Shown here piece by piece: positions 15,416-24,828 of a stretch of DNA of 32,000 nt. The translations under genes and the position numbers were made by a program. This DNA comes from Nitrosopumilus maritimus SCM1. GTDB lineage: Archaea > Thermoproteota > Nitrososphaeria > Nitrososphaerales > Nitrosopumilaceae. How positions within the stretch are numbered: position 1 is the first letter of the stretch; the number at the start of each line of letters is the position of its first letter. Location: positions 990,001 to 1,022,000 of the forward strand of contig NC_010085.1 of the NCBI RefSeq assembly GCF_000018465.1, given 5' to 3'. Under the pieces are notes generated by a model that saw only the letters and a list, made by a program, of their open reading frames with translations, was not told the DNA's origin and ran no database searches.

Positions 15416-17002
15416 TTATTTTATCTGATTTTTTCTAATAGTCCTATTGTATGCCACGCCAAATCTGTGAGTCTCATCTCTAGCATGCTGTAAAATTTGA
15501 AGAGAGGGTTTGTTCTTTGCAATAGTAACAGGATTTTTGGTTTTAGGCAAGTAGATTTCTTCATTTTCTTTTGCCAAAGAGATACAAGGTAGTTTCAATC
15601 CAAGAGACTGTAAAGACTTTGTAGCAGCATTAAGTTGTCCTTTACCACCATCAATTACTATCAAATCAGGTAATTCAGAATTTTCTTCTAACAATCTATA
15701 GTATCTTCGCTTGATAACTTCACCAATCATTGCAAAATCATCTCTACCAGACACAGTTTTGATTTTGAATTTTCTGTATCCAGATTTGTTTGGTTTACCA
15801 TTAACAAATTGGGCCATGGATCCAACTGCAAAATCTTCACCATGATTAGATATATCAAAACATTCGATAACATTTGGAATTACAGGTAGATGCAGAATAT
15901 CTTTTAATTCAACTAATCCAGGTTCTCCACCTTTAGAATGAATTAGTTTGATATTTTTCAAAATCAAATTCATAATGTCTTTTTTCTTGCCCTTTGTCGG
16001 AGTAGAAATTTTTACAGAAAAACCAGCTTGTTCAGAAAGTAAAGATTCCAAAAGTTTTTGATTTTCAGGAAGTTCACTTACAATAATGTATTTTGGAATT
16101 TTGTGTGTTGAGTAGTATTGATAAAGAAAATTTGAAAAAGAGTTGTCACCAACTAGATCAAAAAAGAATTTGTCACTATCTCGAATAACACCATTAATCA
16201 TTCTAAAATTCATCACAGTTGCAGATTGTTCTTGAATTCCAATACCGAAATATTCTTCATCAGAATTTTCTACATATTCCATTTTTTGTTTTGTCTGAAG
16301 ACTGCCAAGTCTAATCAGAGTGTCACGAATATCTTTTGCACGCTCAAATTGTTGCAATTCAGCTGCCTGATGCATCTCTTCTTCTAATTTTTTAGTAAAG
16401 ATTTTTGTCTGGTTTTTTCCTTTTAGAACTTCTTCTAATGCAGCAACATGTTTTGGATATCTATCCTGAGCATCATTAAACTCACAAGGACCTTCACAAT
16501 TACCCAAATGATATTCAAGGCAGACTTTTTTTGGCAATGTTTTACAAATTCGGATTTGAAATGCTTTACGTAATGCACCAATTGTAAGCAGTTTTGAGCT
16601 ACCTTGAGTAAAAGGACCAAAAGTTTTTCCTTTACCAAGAAATTTTCCATCTCTTGTTCGTCTTGCAACTAACAATCGTGGATATTTTTCATCAGATATT
16701 CTAAGGTAAGTGTATCGTTGTTGATCCTTTAACTCGATGTTAAATCTAGGACGGTATTTTTTGATCATATTTGATTCTAAAAGAAATGCTTCACTTTCAT
16801 TATCAGTTAAAACAAATTCAATATCAGAAATGTTTTGAACCAGTTTTTGTGTTTTGTAATTTTGATTTTTTAAGAAATATGACTTTACACGTTTTTTGAG
16901 ATTCTTTGCCTTACCAATGTAAATTATTGTTCCATCAGAATCTTTCATCAAATATATTCCAGGATCTGTGGGAATTGTGATTTTAGAGATATCAAAAGTC
17001 AT
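15416..17002 (-). CDS. uvrC: Excinuclease ABC subunit C, a short form ending right after the RNase H-like endonuclease domain.
   Basis: 528 aa. GIY-YIG (GIYLMKD..IIYIGKAKNLKKRVKSYF), UVR motif (AAELQQFERAKDIRDTLIRL), DLIVIDGGKGQLNAA and RDETHRFGVAYNR near the C-terminus. ATGA overlap with uvrA. Confidence 0.9.
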   Translation of the reverse strand: MTFDISKITIPTDPGIYLMKDSDGTIIYIGKAKNLKKRVKSYFLKNQNYKTQKLVQNISDIEFVLTDNESEAFLLESNMIKKYRPRFNIELKDQQRYTYLRISDEKYPRLLVARRTRDGKFLGKGKTFGPFTQGSSKLLTIGALRKAFQIRICKTLPKKVCLEYHLGNCEGPCEFNDAQDRYPKHVAALEEVLKGKNQTKIFTKKLEEEMHQAAELQQFERAKDIRDTLIRLGSLQTKQKMEYVENSDEEYFGIGIQEQSATVMNFRMINGVIRDSDKFFFDLVGDNSFSNFLYQYYSTHKIPKYIIVSELPENQKLLESLLSEQAGFSVKISTPTKGKKKDIMNLILKNIKLIHSKGGEPGLVELKDILHLPVIPNVIECFDISNHGEDFAVGSMAQFVNGKPNKSGYRKFKIKTVSGRDDFAMIGEVIKRRYYRLLEENSELPDLIVIDGGKGQLNAATKSLQSLGLKLPCISLAKENEEIYLPKTKNPVTIAKNKPSLQILQHARDETHRFGVAYNRTIRKNQIK

Positions 17003-19818
17003 TTTTTAACTAATTTCTTTAGATATTTTCCAGTATAGCTTCCAGGAGCTTTTGCAATGTCTTTTGGGGTTCCTGTGGCAACAATTCTGCCACCCTCATC
17101 TCCACCTTCAGGACCCAAATCAATTATCCAATCAGAGTTTTTGATGACGTCCATATTGTGTTCAATTACTACAACAGTATTTCCAAGATTGGCCAGTCTG
17201 TTTAAGACATCCAGTAATTTTTGTACATCAGCAAAGTGGAGACCAGTTGTAGGCTCATCTAAGATGTACATGGTCTTTCCAGTTCCTCGTTTTGATAATT
17301 CTGAGGCTAGTTTCACTCTTTGAGCCTCACCACCAGATAGAGTTGTAGAAGATTGGCCTAATTTGATATATCCCAAACCAACATCGTAAATTGTTTGTAA
17401 TTTTCGTTTAATTGCAGGAATGTTTTCAAAAAAGTTTAGAGCTTCATACACAGTCATATCCAAAACATCTGAGATGTTTTTCCCTTTGTAAAGAACAGAC
17501 AATGTTTCAGAGTTGTAACGTTTTCCTTTACATTCATCACATTTTACATACACATCAGAAAGAAACTGCATCTCGATTTGTTTTACACCATCACCATCAC
17601 ATGCAAAACATCTTCCATCTGCAACATTAAATGAAAATTGTCCTGGAGCATATCCACGTTCTTTTGATAGTTCAGTATTTGCATACAATTCTCTAATGGG
17701 AGTAAATGCACCAATGTATGTTGCTGGATTTGAACGAGGTGTTCGTCCAATTGGAGATTGATCAATTGCAATGACTTTGTCTATATTCTCTAAACCAACA
17801 ATCTTTTTGTGAGTTCCAGGTTTGACATTAGATTTGTAAAAATGATTTTCTAATGCTTTTAGTAAAATGTCATTAATCAGAGTAGATTTTCCAGAGCCCG
17901 AAACACCAGTAATAGAAACAAAAAGTCCTAATGGAATTTCAACATCAATATCTTTGAGATTGTTTTCAGATGCCTTTTCTACAACAAGTGTTCCAGAATT
18001 ATTTCGAATTTTGTCTTGCAACATGATTAAAGAATTATCTTTAAGATAATCACCAGTTACAGATTTGTGACCATTGAGAATTTGGTTGACAGTTCCTTCA
18101 AAAACAACACTACCACCATTTACACCGGCTCCAGGTCCCAAATCAACCATCCAGTCTGAATTTCGTATAACTTCTTCGTCATGCTCCACTACAATAACAG
18201 TATTTCCCAAATTTCGTAGCTTATTTAGCGTTTTAATGAGTCGGGCATTATCTCTTTGGTGAAGACCGATAGTTGGTTCATCTAACACATACAAAACACC
18301 AGTAAGATTGGAACCAATTTGTGTAGCTAATCGAATTCTTTGAGATTCGCCACCAGATAATGTAGAACTTAATCTGTTTAGAGTAAGATAATTCAAACCA
18401 ACATTCATCAAAAACTCTAGTCGTTCTTTAATTTCCTTTAGAACATCTCTTGCAATGTATTGTTCATTTTCAGTTAGTTTTAGCGTAGAAAAGAAATCAT
18501 AACAATGGTCAATAGACAAATCACAGACATCCATGATTCCCTTATCATTGATTTTTACTGCAAGTGATTCAGGTTTGAGTTTTTTTCCATTACATCCATT
18601 ACAGGGAGTATCTCTCATGAATTGTTTTAACCATTCACGTTTTGATTCAGAATCAGTTTCCATAAAAACACGTTGAAGATTATCCAACACACCTTCAAAG
18701 GCATTAGTGTATTGCCATGAAGAATCGCCAGATTTTGAACGATAATTAAAATCAATTAGATCATCTGTTCCATACAAAATAATTTTGAGATGTTTTGGTT
18801 TTATTTTGTTAATTGGTGTCATCAAATCAAAGCCAAATTTTTTGCCTACTGCTCTTAATGCTTGTCTTCTAAAGGAAGAAAATCTTCCACTCCAAGGAAC
18901 AATTGCTCCATCCAAAATTGATTTTGTTTTATCTGGAATTACTAAATCAGGATCAAACTCCATTTTAACACCAAGGCCATTGCAATCTTTACACAAGCCA
19001 AATGGAGAGTTGAATGAAAAATTTCTTGGTTCCAATTCACCTACTGTTAATCCACAATAAGGACAAGCATTATTTTGAGAAAAGACTTTTTCAGATTTTT
19101 CTGATGCAACCATTACATCTCCTTTTGATGCCTTTATTGCAGTCTGAATAGCCTCAAACAATCTTGAGCGTTCAGATTTTTCAGTAGTTATTCTGTCAAC
19201 TACAATCTCAATATTGTGCCATTTTTGCCTGTCAAGTGGAGGAATTTCCTCATCTAGGCTCAAAATTTCTCCATTTAGGCGTATTCTAGAGTAACCGTCC
19301 TTTTTGATCTGCTCAAAGAGTTTCTCATAGGTTCCTTTCTTTCGCTGGATGATAGGAGACAGTATCAGAATCTTTTTGCCAGAAAATTCTCTTAGCACAG
19401 AATCACAAATGGTTTCAATTGATTGGGTAGAGATTTTTCTGCCACAATTAGTACAATATGGAATACCAATTCTAGCATAAAGTAATCTCATGTAATCATA
19501 AATTTCAGTGGTTGTTCCAACAGTAGAACGAGGGTTTTTACTAGTTGTTTTTTGTTGGATTGAAATTGCAGGAGATAATCCATCTATAGAGTCAACATCA
19601 GGTTTGTCCATCATCTCCAAGAACTGACGAGCATATGCTGAAAGGGATTCAACATATCGTCTTTGTCCTTCAGCATATATTGTATCAAATGCTAAAGTTG
19701 ATTTACCAGATCCAGACAGTCCACTAATTACAACTAGTTTGTTTTTTGGAATGTCAATGTCAATGTTTTTTAAATTATGATGACGTGCACCACGAATTTT
19801 TAATTTATTTTCGGTCAT
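16999..19818 (-). CDS. uvrA: Excinuclease ABC subunit A.
   Basis: 939 aa. Two ABC ATPase modules (GLSGSGKSTLAFDTIYAEGQRRYVESLSAYARQF and GVSGSGKSTL), LSGGE signatures, and zinc-finger Cys clusters (CPYCG...CKDCNG; CFACDGDG...CDECKG). Confidence 0.97.
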   Translation of the reverse strand: MTENKLKIRGARHHNLKNIDIDIPKNKLVVISGLSGSGKSTLAFDTIYAEGQRRYVESLSAYARQFLEMMDKPDVDSIDGLSPAISIQQKTTSKNPRSTVGTTTEIYDYMRLLYARIGIPYCTNCGRKISTQSIETICDSVLREFSGKKILILSPIIQRKKGTYEKLFEQIKKDGYSRIRLNGEILSLDEEIPPLDRQKWHNIEIVVDRITTEKSERSRLFEAIQTAIKASKGDVMVASEKSEKVFSQNNACPYCGLTVGELEPRNFSFNSPFGLCKDCNGLGVKMEFDPDLVIPDKTKSILDGAIVPWSGRFSSFRRQALRAVGKKFGFDLMTPINKIKPKHLKIILYGTDDLIDFNYRSKSGDSSWQYTNAFEGVLDNLQRVFMETDSESKREWLKQFMRDTPCNGCNGKKLKPESLAVKINDKGIMDVCDLSIDHCYDFFSTLKLTENEQYIARDVLKEIKERLEFLMNVGLNYLTLNRLSSTLSGGESQRIRLATQIGSNLTGVLYVLDEPTIGLHQRDNARLIKTLNKLRNLGNTVIVVEHDEEVIRNSDWMVDLGPGAGVNGGSVVFEGTVNQILNGHKSVTGDYLKDNSLIMLQDKIRNNSGTLVVEKASENNLKDIDVEIPLGLFVSITGVSGSGKSTLINDILLKALENHFYKSNVKPGTHKKIVGLENIDKVIAIDQSPIGRTPRSNPATYIGAFTPIRELYANTELSKERGYAPGQFSFNVADGRCFACDGDGVKQIEMQFLSDVYVKCDECKGKRYNSETLSVLYKGKNISDVLDMTVYEALNFFENIPAIKRKLQTIYDVGLGYIKLGQSSTTLSGGEAQRVKLASELSKRGTGKTMYILDEPTTGLHFADVQKLLDVLNRLANLGNTVVVIEHNMDVIKNSDWIIDLGPEGGDEGGRIVATGTPKDIAKAPGSYTGKYLKKLVKK

Positions 19819-21766
19819 TTTTAATTTGAATCTCCTTTTCTAGTCTTTTTATTCTATCTCTGCATTCAATTGCACGTTCAAAATCCAAGTCTTCAGAATA
19901 TTTTTTCATTTGGGCTTCTAAATCAATAATATCAGTTGCAATGTCATGTGTTGATTTTAGTTTAGAGTCATCAAGTGTTGTGACTTGTTCTGGAACAGAT
20001 TTTATGATTGTCTTTGGAGTAATGTTGTTATCTTTGTTGTATTTCATTTGTTTTTCTCTACGACGTTTTGTTTCATTCATAGCATTTTTCATCGATTGAG
20101 TAACAGTATCAGCATACATGATTACATTTCCATTTTCGTTTCTTGCAGCCCTGCCAAATGTTTGAATCAAACTGGTAAAATTTCTCAAGAACCCTTCTTT
20201 GTCTGCATCCAATATTGCAACTAGAGAAACTTCAGGAATATCCAACCCCTCCCTAAGCAGATTAATTCCAACTAGAACATCAAACTCACCTAGCCGTAGT
20301 TGTCTGATTAGTTCTGTTCTTTGCAGCCCTTCAATTTCAGAGTGCATATATCGTACTCTGACTTGTTTTTTTGAGAGATATTCAGCCAAATCTTCAGCCA
20401 TTCTTTTAGTCAGAGTAGTTACCAAAACACGTTCAGAATTGGCTACTTTTTTGTTGATTTCCTCAATTAGATCATCCATCTGGTTTTTGGTAGGCCTAAT
20501 CTCAACTTCAGGATCTAATAGTCCTGTGGGGCGGACCAATTGTTCGGCAATTTGAGAGGAGATTTTCTTTTCATAATCAGCAGGAGTTGCAGACACAAAT
20601 ATGGTGTTTCGAACATATTCTTCAAATTCTTCAAATTTTAGTGGACGGTTATCATATGCACTTGGCAACCTAAATCCATATGTCACAAGTTCTTTTTTTC
20701 GCGAATGATCACCTTTGTACATTCCATGTAGTTGTGGCAATGTAACATGAGATTCATCAATTACCAATAGATAGTCATCTCCAAAGAAATCCATCAAACA
20801 AAATGCCTTTTGACCAGCTTTTCGTCCATCAAAATGTCTAGAATAGTTTTCAATACCAGAACAATATCCCAATTCTTCAATCATTTCTAAATCGTATTTT
20901 GTTCTCATCTCTAGTCTCTGTTTTTCTAATTCATTTAATTCAGGCAAACGTTTCTTGAGTTCATCTTTAATTGATTGGACTGCTTTTTTTCTAACATCTT
21001 TTGCAATAAGATAGTGTTTTGCAGGAAAAATTTTCATTTGATTAATCTTCTTTTTTTCTTTTAATGAAACATGATCAAGTACAGATATCTTTTCAACTTC
21101 ATCACCAAACATAGAGATTCTAACAAGATCTTCAGAGTATGCAGGAGTAATGTCAATGGTATCACCCTTTACTCTAAAGTTTCCAGGAGCAACTTCAGTA
21201 TCATTTCGCTCATATCTTGCATCAATTAATTGCCGAATCAATTCATTTCGTTTAATTTCATCACCAGCAGTTACTGTAATTGCCAAGTCTTCCCAATCTT
21301 GTGGATTTCCAAGAGAGTAGATGCAAGAAACAGTTGAGACGATTATTGTAGGTTCACCTGAAAGCAACATTGCAGTTGCCTCTAGTCGTAGCTTTTCAAT
21401 TTTTTCATTGACTTGAGTGTCTTTTTCAATGTAAGTATCAGTTTGAGGAAGATAACTTTCAGGCTGATAATAGTCATAGTATGAAACAAAATATCCAACA
21501 TTGTTTTTTGGGAAAAATTGTTTTAATTCTGAATACAGTTGGGCTGCAAGAGTTTTGTTATGAGAAATGACTAGAGTGTTTTTGCCAGTTCTTGCAATAA
21601 CATTTGCAACAGAAAATGTCTTACCGCTACCAGTTACACCCAACAAGGTTTGAACGGTTTTATCTTTGACACCCTTGACGAGTTGATCAATTGCTTGAGG
21701 CTGGTCACCTGTAGGGGCATATTCAGATGCTAATTCAAATTGAGTTATCTGTTCCAACAGGTACAA
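19805..21766 (-). CDS. uvrB: Excinuclease ABC subunit B.
   Basis: 653 aa. Helicase motif I GVTGSGKTF, DESH box (VIDESHVTLPQ) and C-terminal UVR domain (DFERAIECRDRIKRLE). Overlaps the uvrA start by 14 nt. Confidence 0.97.
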   Translation of the reverse strand: MYLLEQITQFELASEYAPTGDQPQAIDQLVKGVKDKTVQTLLGVTGSGKTFSVANVIARTGKNTLVISHNKTLAAQLYSELKQFFPKNNVGYFVSYYDYYQPESYLPQTDTYIEKDTQVNEKIEKLRLEATAMLLSGEPTIIVSTVSCIYSLGNPQDWEDLAITVTAGDEIKRNELIRQLIDARYERNDTEVAPGNFRVKGDTIDITPAYSEDLVRISMFGDEVEKISVLDHVSLKEKKKINQMKIFPAKHYLIAKDVRKKAVQSIKDELKKRLPELNELEKQRLEMRTKYDLEMIEELGYCSGIENYSRHFDGRKAGQKAFCLMDFFGDDYLLVIDESHVTLPQLHGMYKGDHSRKKELVTYGFRLPSAYDNRPLKFEEFEEYVRNTIFVSATPADYEKKISSQIAEQLVRPTGLLDPEVEIRPTKNQMDDLIEEINKKVANSERVLVTTLTKRMAEDLAEYLSKKQVRVRYMHSEIEGLQRTELIRQLRLGEFDVLVGINLLREGLDIPEVSLVAILDADKEGFLRNFTSLIQTFGRAARNENGNVIMYADTVTQSMKNAMNETKRRREKQMKYNKDNNITPKTIIKSVPEQVTTLDDSKLKSTHDIATDIIDLEAQMKKYSEDLDFERAIECRDRIKRLEKEIQIKNDRK

Positions 21767-21806
21767 TTCCTAAAAACTGAATTTAAAGCAATGGTGATAT
21801 CAAAAA

Positions 21807-22457
21807 CTACCAGACAGGTTCATCAACCATTTTTAGGCCATCAGGAGTTTCCTCAAAACCCATAATTTTCAGAGTTTGTTTTGAAGTGGGAGACTTTCTT
21901 TCTAGAATTTTTTGTGCCAGAATTTGTCTTGAATCAGATCGTAATTGTTGCCCGATTTTGTATTTGCCTTTGATGGAAACAGGAATTACCTTGATAACTG
22001 CAACTTCATCGAGTACCAGATCATTATTTTGTATTGGAATGTAATTTCCCTCTGGCTGATATTTTTTCATCAATTCATTAAGACCAAATGCTTTTTCATC
22101 ATCATCTTCAACAAAAACTCCTTTTCCTTTGATAACTACACTGATGTACAAAGTATCAGCTTGTGATGCATCAGTAGGATGTGAAAAGTATGATGGGAGA
22201 AACTCCAATTCACGGTCTACTTCAAATCCAACCTTGTCATTTCTAGATATGTTGTCTAATTTCTCACCTCTAGTATAGGAATGCATGTAGATAGCATCAT
22301 TGGCAAATACAAAATTCATAGGAATAATCTGAGGATACCCATTCTCATCGATGCTTGCTATACGGCCAACATGTTCTTGAGAAAGAAATTCCTTTATCTT
22401 CTCATAAGATTTGATTTCAAGGCGTCCTACTAGTTTCAAATCGATTAGGATTTGCAA
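21807..22457 (-). CDS. Pyridoxamine 5'-phosphate oxidase-related FMN-binding split-barrel protein (NimA/Pyridox_ox_2-like).
   Basis: 216 aa. LSQEHVGRIASIDENGYPQIIPMNFVFANDAIYMHSYTRGEKLDNI is typical of this family. Confidence 0.7.
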   Translation of the reverse strand: MQILIDLKLVGRLEIKSYEKIKEFLSQEHVGRIASIDENGYPQIIPMNFVFANDAIYMHSYTRGEKLDNISRNDKVGFEVDRELEFLPSYFSHPTDASQADTLYISVVIKGKGVFVEDDDEKAFGLNELMKKYQPEGNYIPIQNNDLVLDEVAVIKVIPVSIKGKYKIGQQLRSDSRQILAQKILERKSPTSKQTLKIMGFEETPDGLKMVDEPVW

Positions 22458-22487
22458 AGTGATCTAATAAACTAAATGTAGTAAAAT

Positions 22488-22718
22488 ATGCCAAAAAATA
22501 TGAAAGATCCATATCTTGATGAATTAAAAAATGATTTTAACAAATACTCAAATGATTTGAAAAAATTAAAAAAGAAACTTCTAAAGACTGATTCACCACA
22601 AGAACAAGAAAAAATTATCAAGCAGATAGATAATATCGCAAAACAAATGGAGAAAAATCAAAAACAATCTACAAAGGTTACTAAATCAAGGATTAGAGAG
22701 AGACGATTAAAAAAATAA
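22488..22718 (+). CDS. Hypothetical Lys-rich coiled-coil mini-protein.
   Basis: 76-aa ORF with an ATG start. K/Q/E-rich with a basic tail (SRIRERRLKK). Confidence 0.4.
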   Translation: MPKNMKDPYLDELKNDFNKYSNDLKKLKKKLLKTDSPQEQEKIIKQIDNIAKQMEKNQKQSTKVTKSRIRERRLKK

Positions 22719-22900
22719 CCTAATCTTCTTCTTCAAGTTCTTTTGCTAATGCCTGTACATCTAAAATCTTGCAAGACAATTCATTACATTCAACTTCATA
22801 TTGATTCATAGTACCAAATCACAAAAAATATCAAAAAAACAACAACGTCCTAAAACTTGACTTTATTCATTCAATTTTTTTATTAAATAAAATCACTTAA

Positions 22901-23344
22901 TTGAAGAGAAATCATATGGCAGTCATGGATGAGTTTGATGAAGAACGAGAAGAGGCTACGAATCAAGTATTAGATGTTCTTGAAGAATGGGGAGGAGAAT
23001 CAAAATTCATTTGGTTTCGAGAACTTCACAGAATTACAGATATCGACAAAGGATTGTTGAGAAACATTCTCAATGAATTAAAAAAATCAAGAGAAATCAA
23101 AGAAATGCATGGAACAAACAACAGGATTTTTTTCTGTTTGAGAAAATATTACATTAAATGCAGAGATGTTGAATTCAGATTCAAAGGAAAGGAAATTATG
23201 CTTAGAGATGGAAGTAAGACAAAGATTATTGCAGGTTCAACAAAAGCAACAGAACGCACTAGAAAGAGATTAGAAAAACAAAGAAACAAACGTAGAGCAA
23301 AATCATTTACAAAAGCAAAAAGTAAAAGACCTCACAAATCATAA
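22901..23344 (+). CDS. Hypothetical winged-helix-like protein with a strongly basic C-terminal tail. ATG at 22916 is the more likely start.
   Basis: 147-aa ORF from TTG 22901. An A/T-rich TATA-like tttttattaaataaaa lies about 25-35 nt upstream. Central wHTH-like segment FIWFRELHRITDIDKGLLRNILNELKKSREI and tail TERTRKRLEKQRNKRRAKSFTKAKSKRPHKS. Confidence 0.5.
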   Translation: MKRNHMAVMDEFDEEREEATNQVLDVLEEWGGESKFIWFRELHRITDIDKGLLRNILNELKKSREIKEMHGTNNRIFFCLRKYYIKCRDVEFRFKGKEIMLRDGSKTKIIAGSTKATERTRKRLEKQRNKRRAKSFTKAKSKRPHKS

Positions 23345-23578
23345 AGAATCTTCTGCTTGTCTTTGTGCAAAATTAGATTCAGCACGTTTTAGTTTTGCAG
23401 ATTCAGCAACATCTTCAGTCATATCATAAAGTTGATGCAATTCCATATCAGGAACTAATGCATTCTCTTTTTCATCTTCTAGTTCTAGTTCTAAATTTGC
23501 CAAAATCTCAACATTCTCTTCTAAAATGTCAAGACATTTCTTTACAGATTCAGGAAGGTCATCGTCCATAATATTCAT
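23339..23578 (-). CDS. Hypothetical acidic helical protein.
   Basis: 79-aa ORF, D/E/L-rich. Convergent with the previous gene and overlaps it by 6 nt. Confidence 0.4.
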   Translation of the reverse strand: MNIMDDDLPESVKKCLDILEENVEILANLELELEDEKENALVPDMELHQLYDMTEDVAESAKLKRAESNFAQRQAEDSL

Positions 23579-23627
23579 GGAATGTGGTAAAGTAAATGAT
23601 TTTCTGTGTGTTAAAGGATAAAACGTC

Positions 23628-24734
23628 TTATTGTTTGGCTTTTTCTCTCAAGGCAGGCATTACATGGCTTGCAAATTTGTCAATAGAGCCAAAGTAATTC
23701 TTACCCCAGAATCTAATTACAAAGTGATTAACACCAGCATCCATGAATCTCTCAAATGTTGGAATGATGTCGTCAGGAGTTCCAACTGCAGTTGAAGAAC
23801 GTGCAACTGCTTCAGGAATCTTTGTTGCAGCTTCTCTCATCTTTACAATCCATTCTTGATTAGACATAGAATATTCTGTAAAGTATTTTACGAAATCAAA
23901 TCCTTCAATTTCTTTCAAGTTATGAACTCTCAAAACTTCAGGCTTGAATAGACTGACCTTTACTGCTTCTTTCATTCTTGCCCAGGATTCTTCTGCATCT
24001 TCAGAAAAGTATACATCGATATCAAGTGCATATTGGAAATTGTCTTTCTCTTCTTGTGTTCTGTTGTTTTCATCCATTGATTTTTTAATTTGAGCAGCAT
24101 GATCTTCGAAAAGTTCTGGAGTATAACCAATTGGTAGCCAACCATCACCAAGTTTTCCAGTTAATGCTAAAGTTCTCTTTCCACCAGAAGCCATGTAAGT
24201 TGGTGGATGTGGTTTTCTAATAGGAGGGGCTTGCAAACATGCACCTTCAAGTTTGTAATACTTTCCTTCATAATCTACAGTGTTATCTGGAGTTGATTTG
24301 TATAATGTATGAATAGTTTCAATTTGTTCTTCCCATTTTGATACTGGTTTTTCAAACGGAATGCAGAATTCTTTTAGATTTTGTGCTTCACCTGCACCAA
24401 TACCAAGAATGGCTCTACCTTTAGAAACTCTATCAAGTGTAATTGCAGCTAGTGCAATGTTTGAAGGATGTCTTCGGATTGCATCAGTTACACAAGTTCC
24501 AAGTTCTACATTGTTAGTAACTGCAGCAATTGCAGATAACATAACCCAAGGGTCTAGAACAATGGCATTCTTCCATTGTGGGACATTTGTGTGGTCCATG
24601 TAGAAAATAGAATCATAGCCGGTTTTATCAGCCAGCATACATGCTGTTAAGATTTGGTCCTCAGTATAACCGGCTCTTGCAACATTTAGGCCGTTTTGAA
24701 TACCAAATTTGAGTTTCTTATCAGTCAAGTACAT
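23628..24734 (-). CDS. LLM-class (luciferase-like) flavin/F420-dependent oxidoreductase.
   Basis: 368 aa with a TIM-barrel LLM layout: DSIFYMDH, LDRVSKGRAILGIGAGE, VNHFVIRFWG. Confidence 0.8.
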   Translation of the reverse strand: MYLTDKKLKFGIQNGLNVARAGYTEDQILTACMLADKTGYDSIFYMDHTNVPQWKNAIVLDPWVMLSAIAAVTNNVELGTCVTDAIRRHPSNIALAAITLDRVSKGRAILGIGAGEAQNLKEFCIPFEKPVSKWEEQIETIHTLYKSTPDNTVDYEGKYYKLEGACLQAPPIRKPHPPTYMASGGKRTLALTGKLGDGWLPIGYTPELFEDHAAQIKKSMDENNRTQEEKDNFQYALDIDVYFSEDAEESWARMKEAVKVSLFKPEVLRVHNLKEIEGFDFVKYFTEYSMSNQEWIVKMREAATKIPEAVARSSTAVGTPDDIIPTFERFMDAGVNHFVIRFWGKNYFGSIDKFASHVMPALREKAKQ

Positions 24735-24828
24735 TTACGTCGAATCATTAGAATAAAAAGTTTAGTTCAGCTGCCAATTTCGCAGTTTATCAAGAAAATA
24801 GAAAAAAGGTAAAAAATTTGTGAATTTT

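Noticed and set aside
17057-19060. Plus-strand ORFs inside uvrA (17057-17323, 17412-17630, 17867-18049, 18074-18262, 18785-19060), along with similar ones inside uvrB (19985-20555) and uvrC (16435-16668).
   Set aside because: They lie entirely within strongly supported uvr genes, on the opposite strand or in another frame. Their products are low-complexity S/P/T/F-rich, as expected for shadow ORFs.
15416-21766. uvrABC considered as a horizontally acquired island of special interest.
   Set aside because: A bacterial-type UvrABC in mesophilic archaea is established knowledge, and nothing in the flanks (no repeats, no integrase) suggests recent mobility. Only the domain loss in UvrC was retained as a finding.
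22720-22809. 29-codon minus-strand mini-ORF (MNQYEVECNELSCKILDVQALAKELEEED) between the 76-aa and 147-aa genes.
   Set aside because: It is too short to support from sequence alone. I mention it within a finding but do not annotate it.
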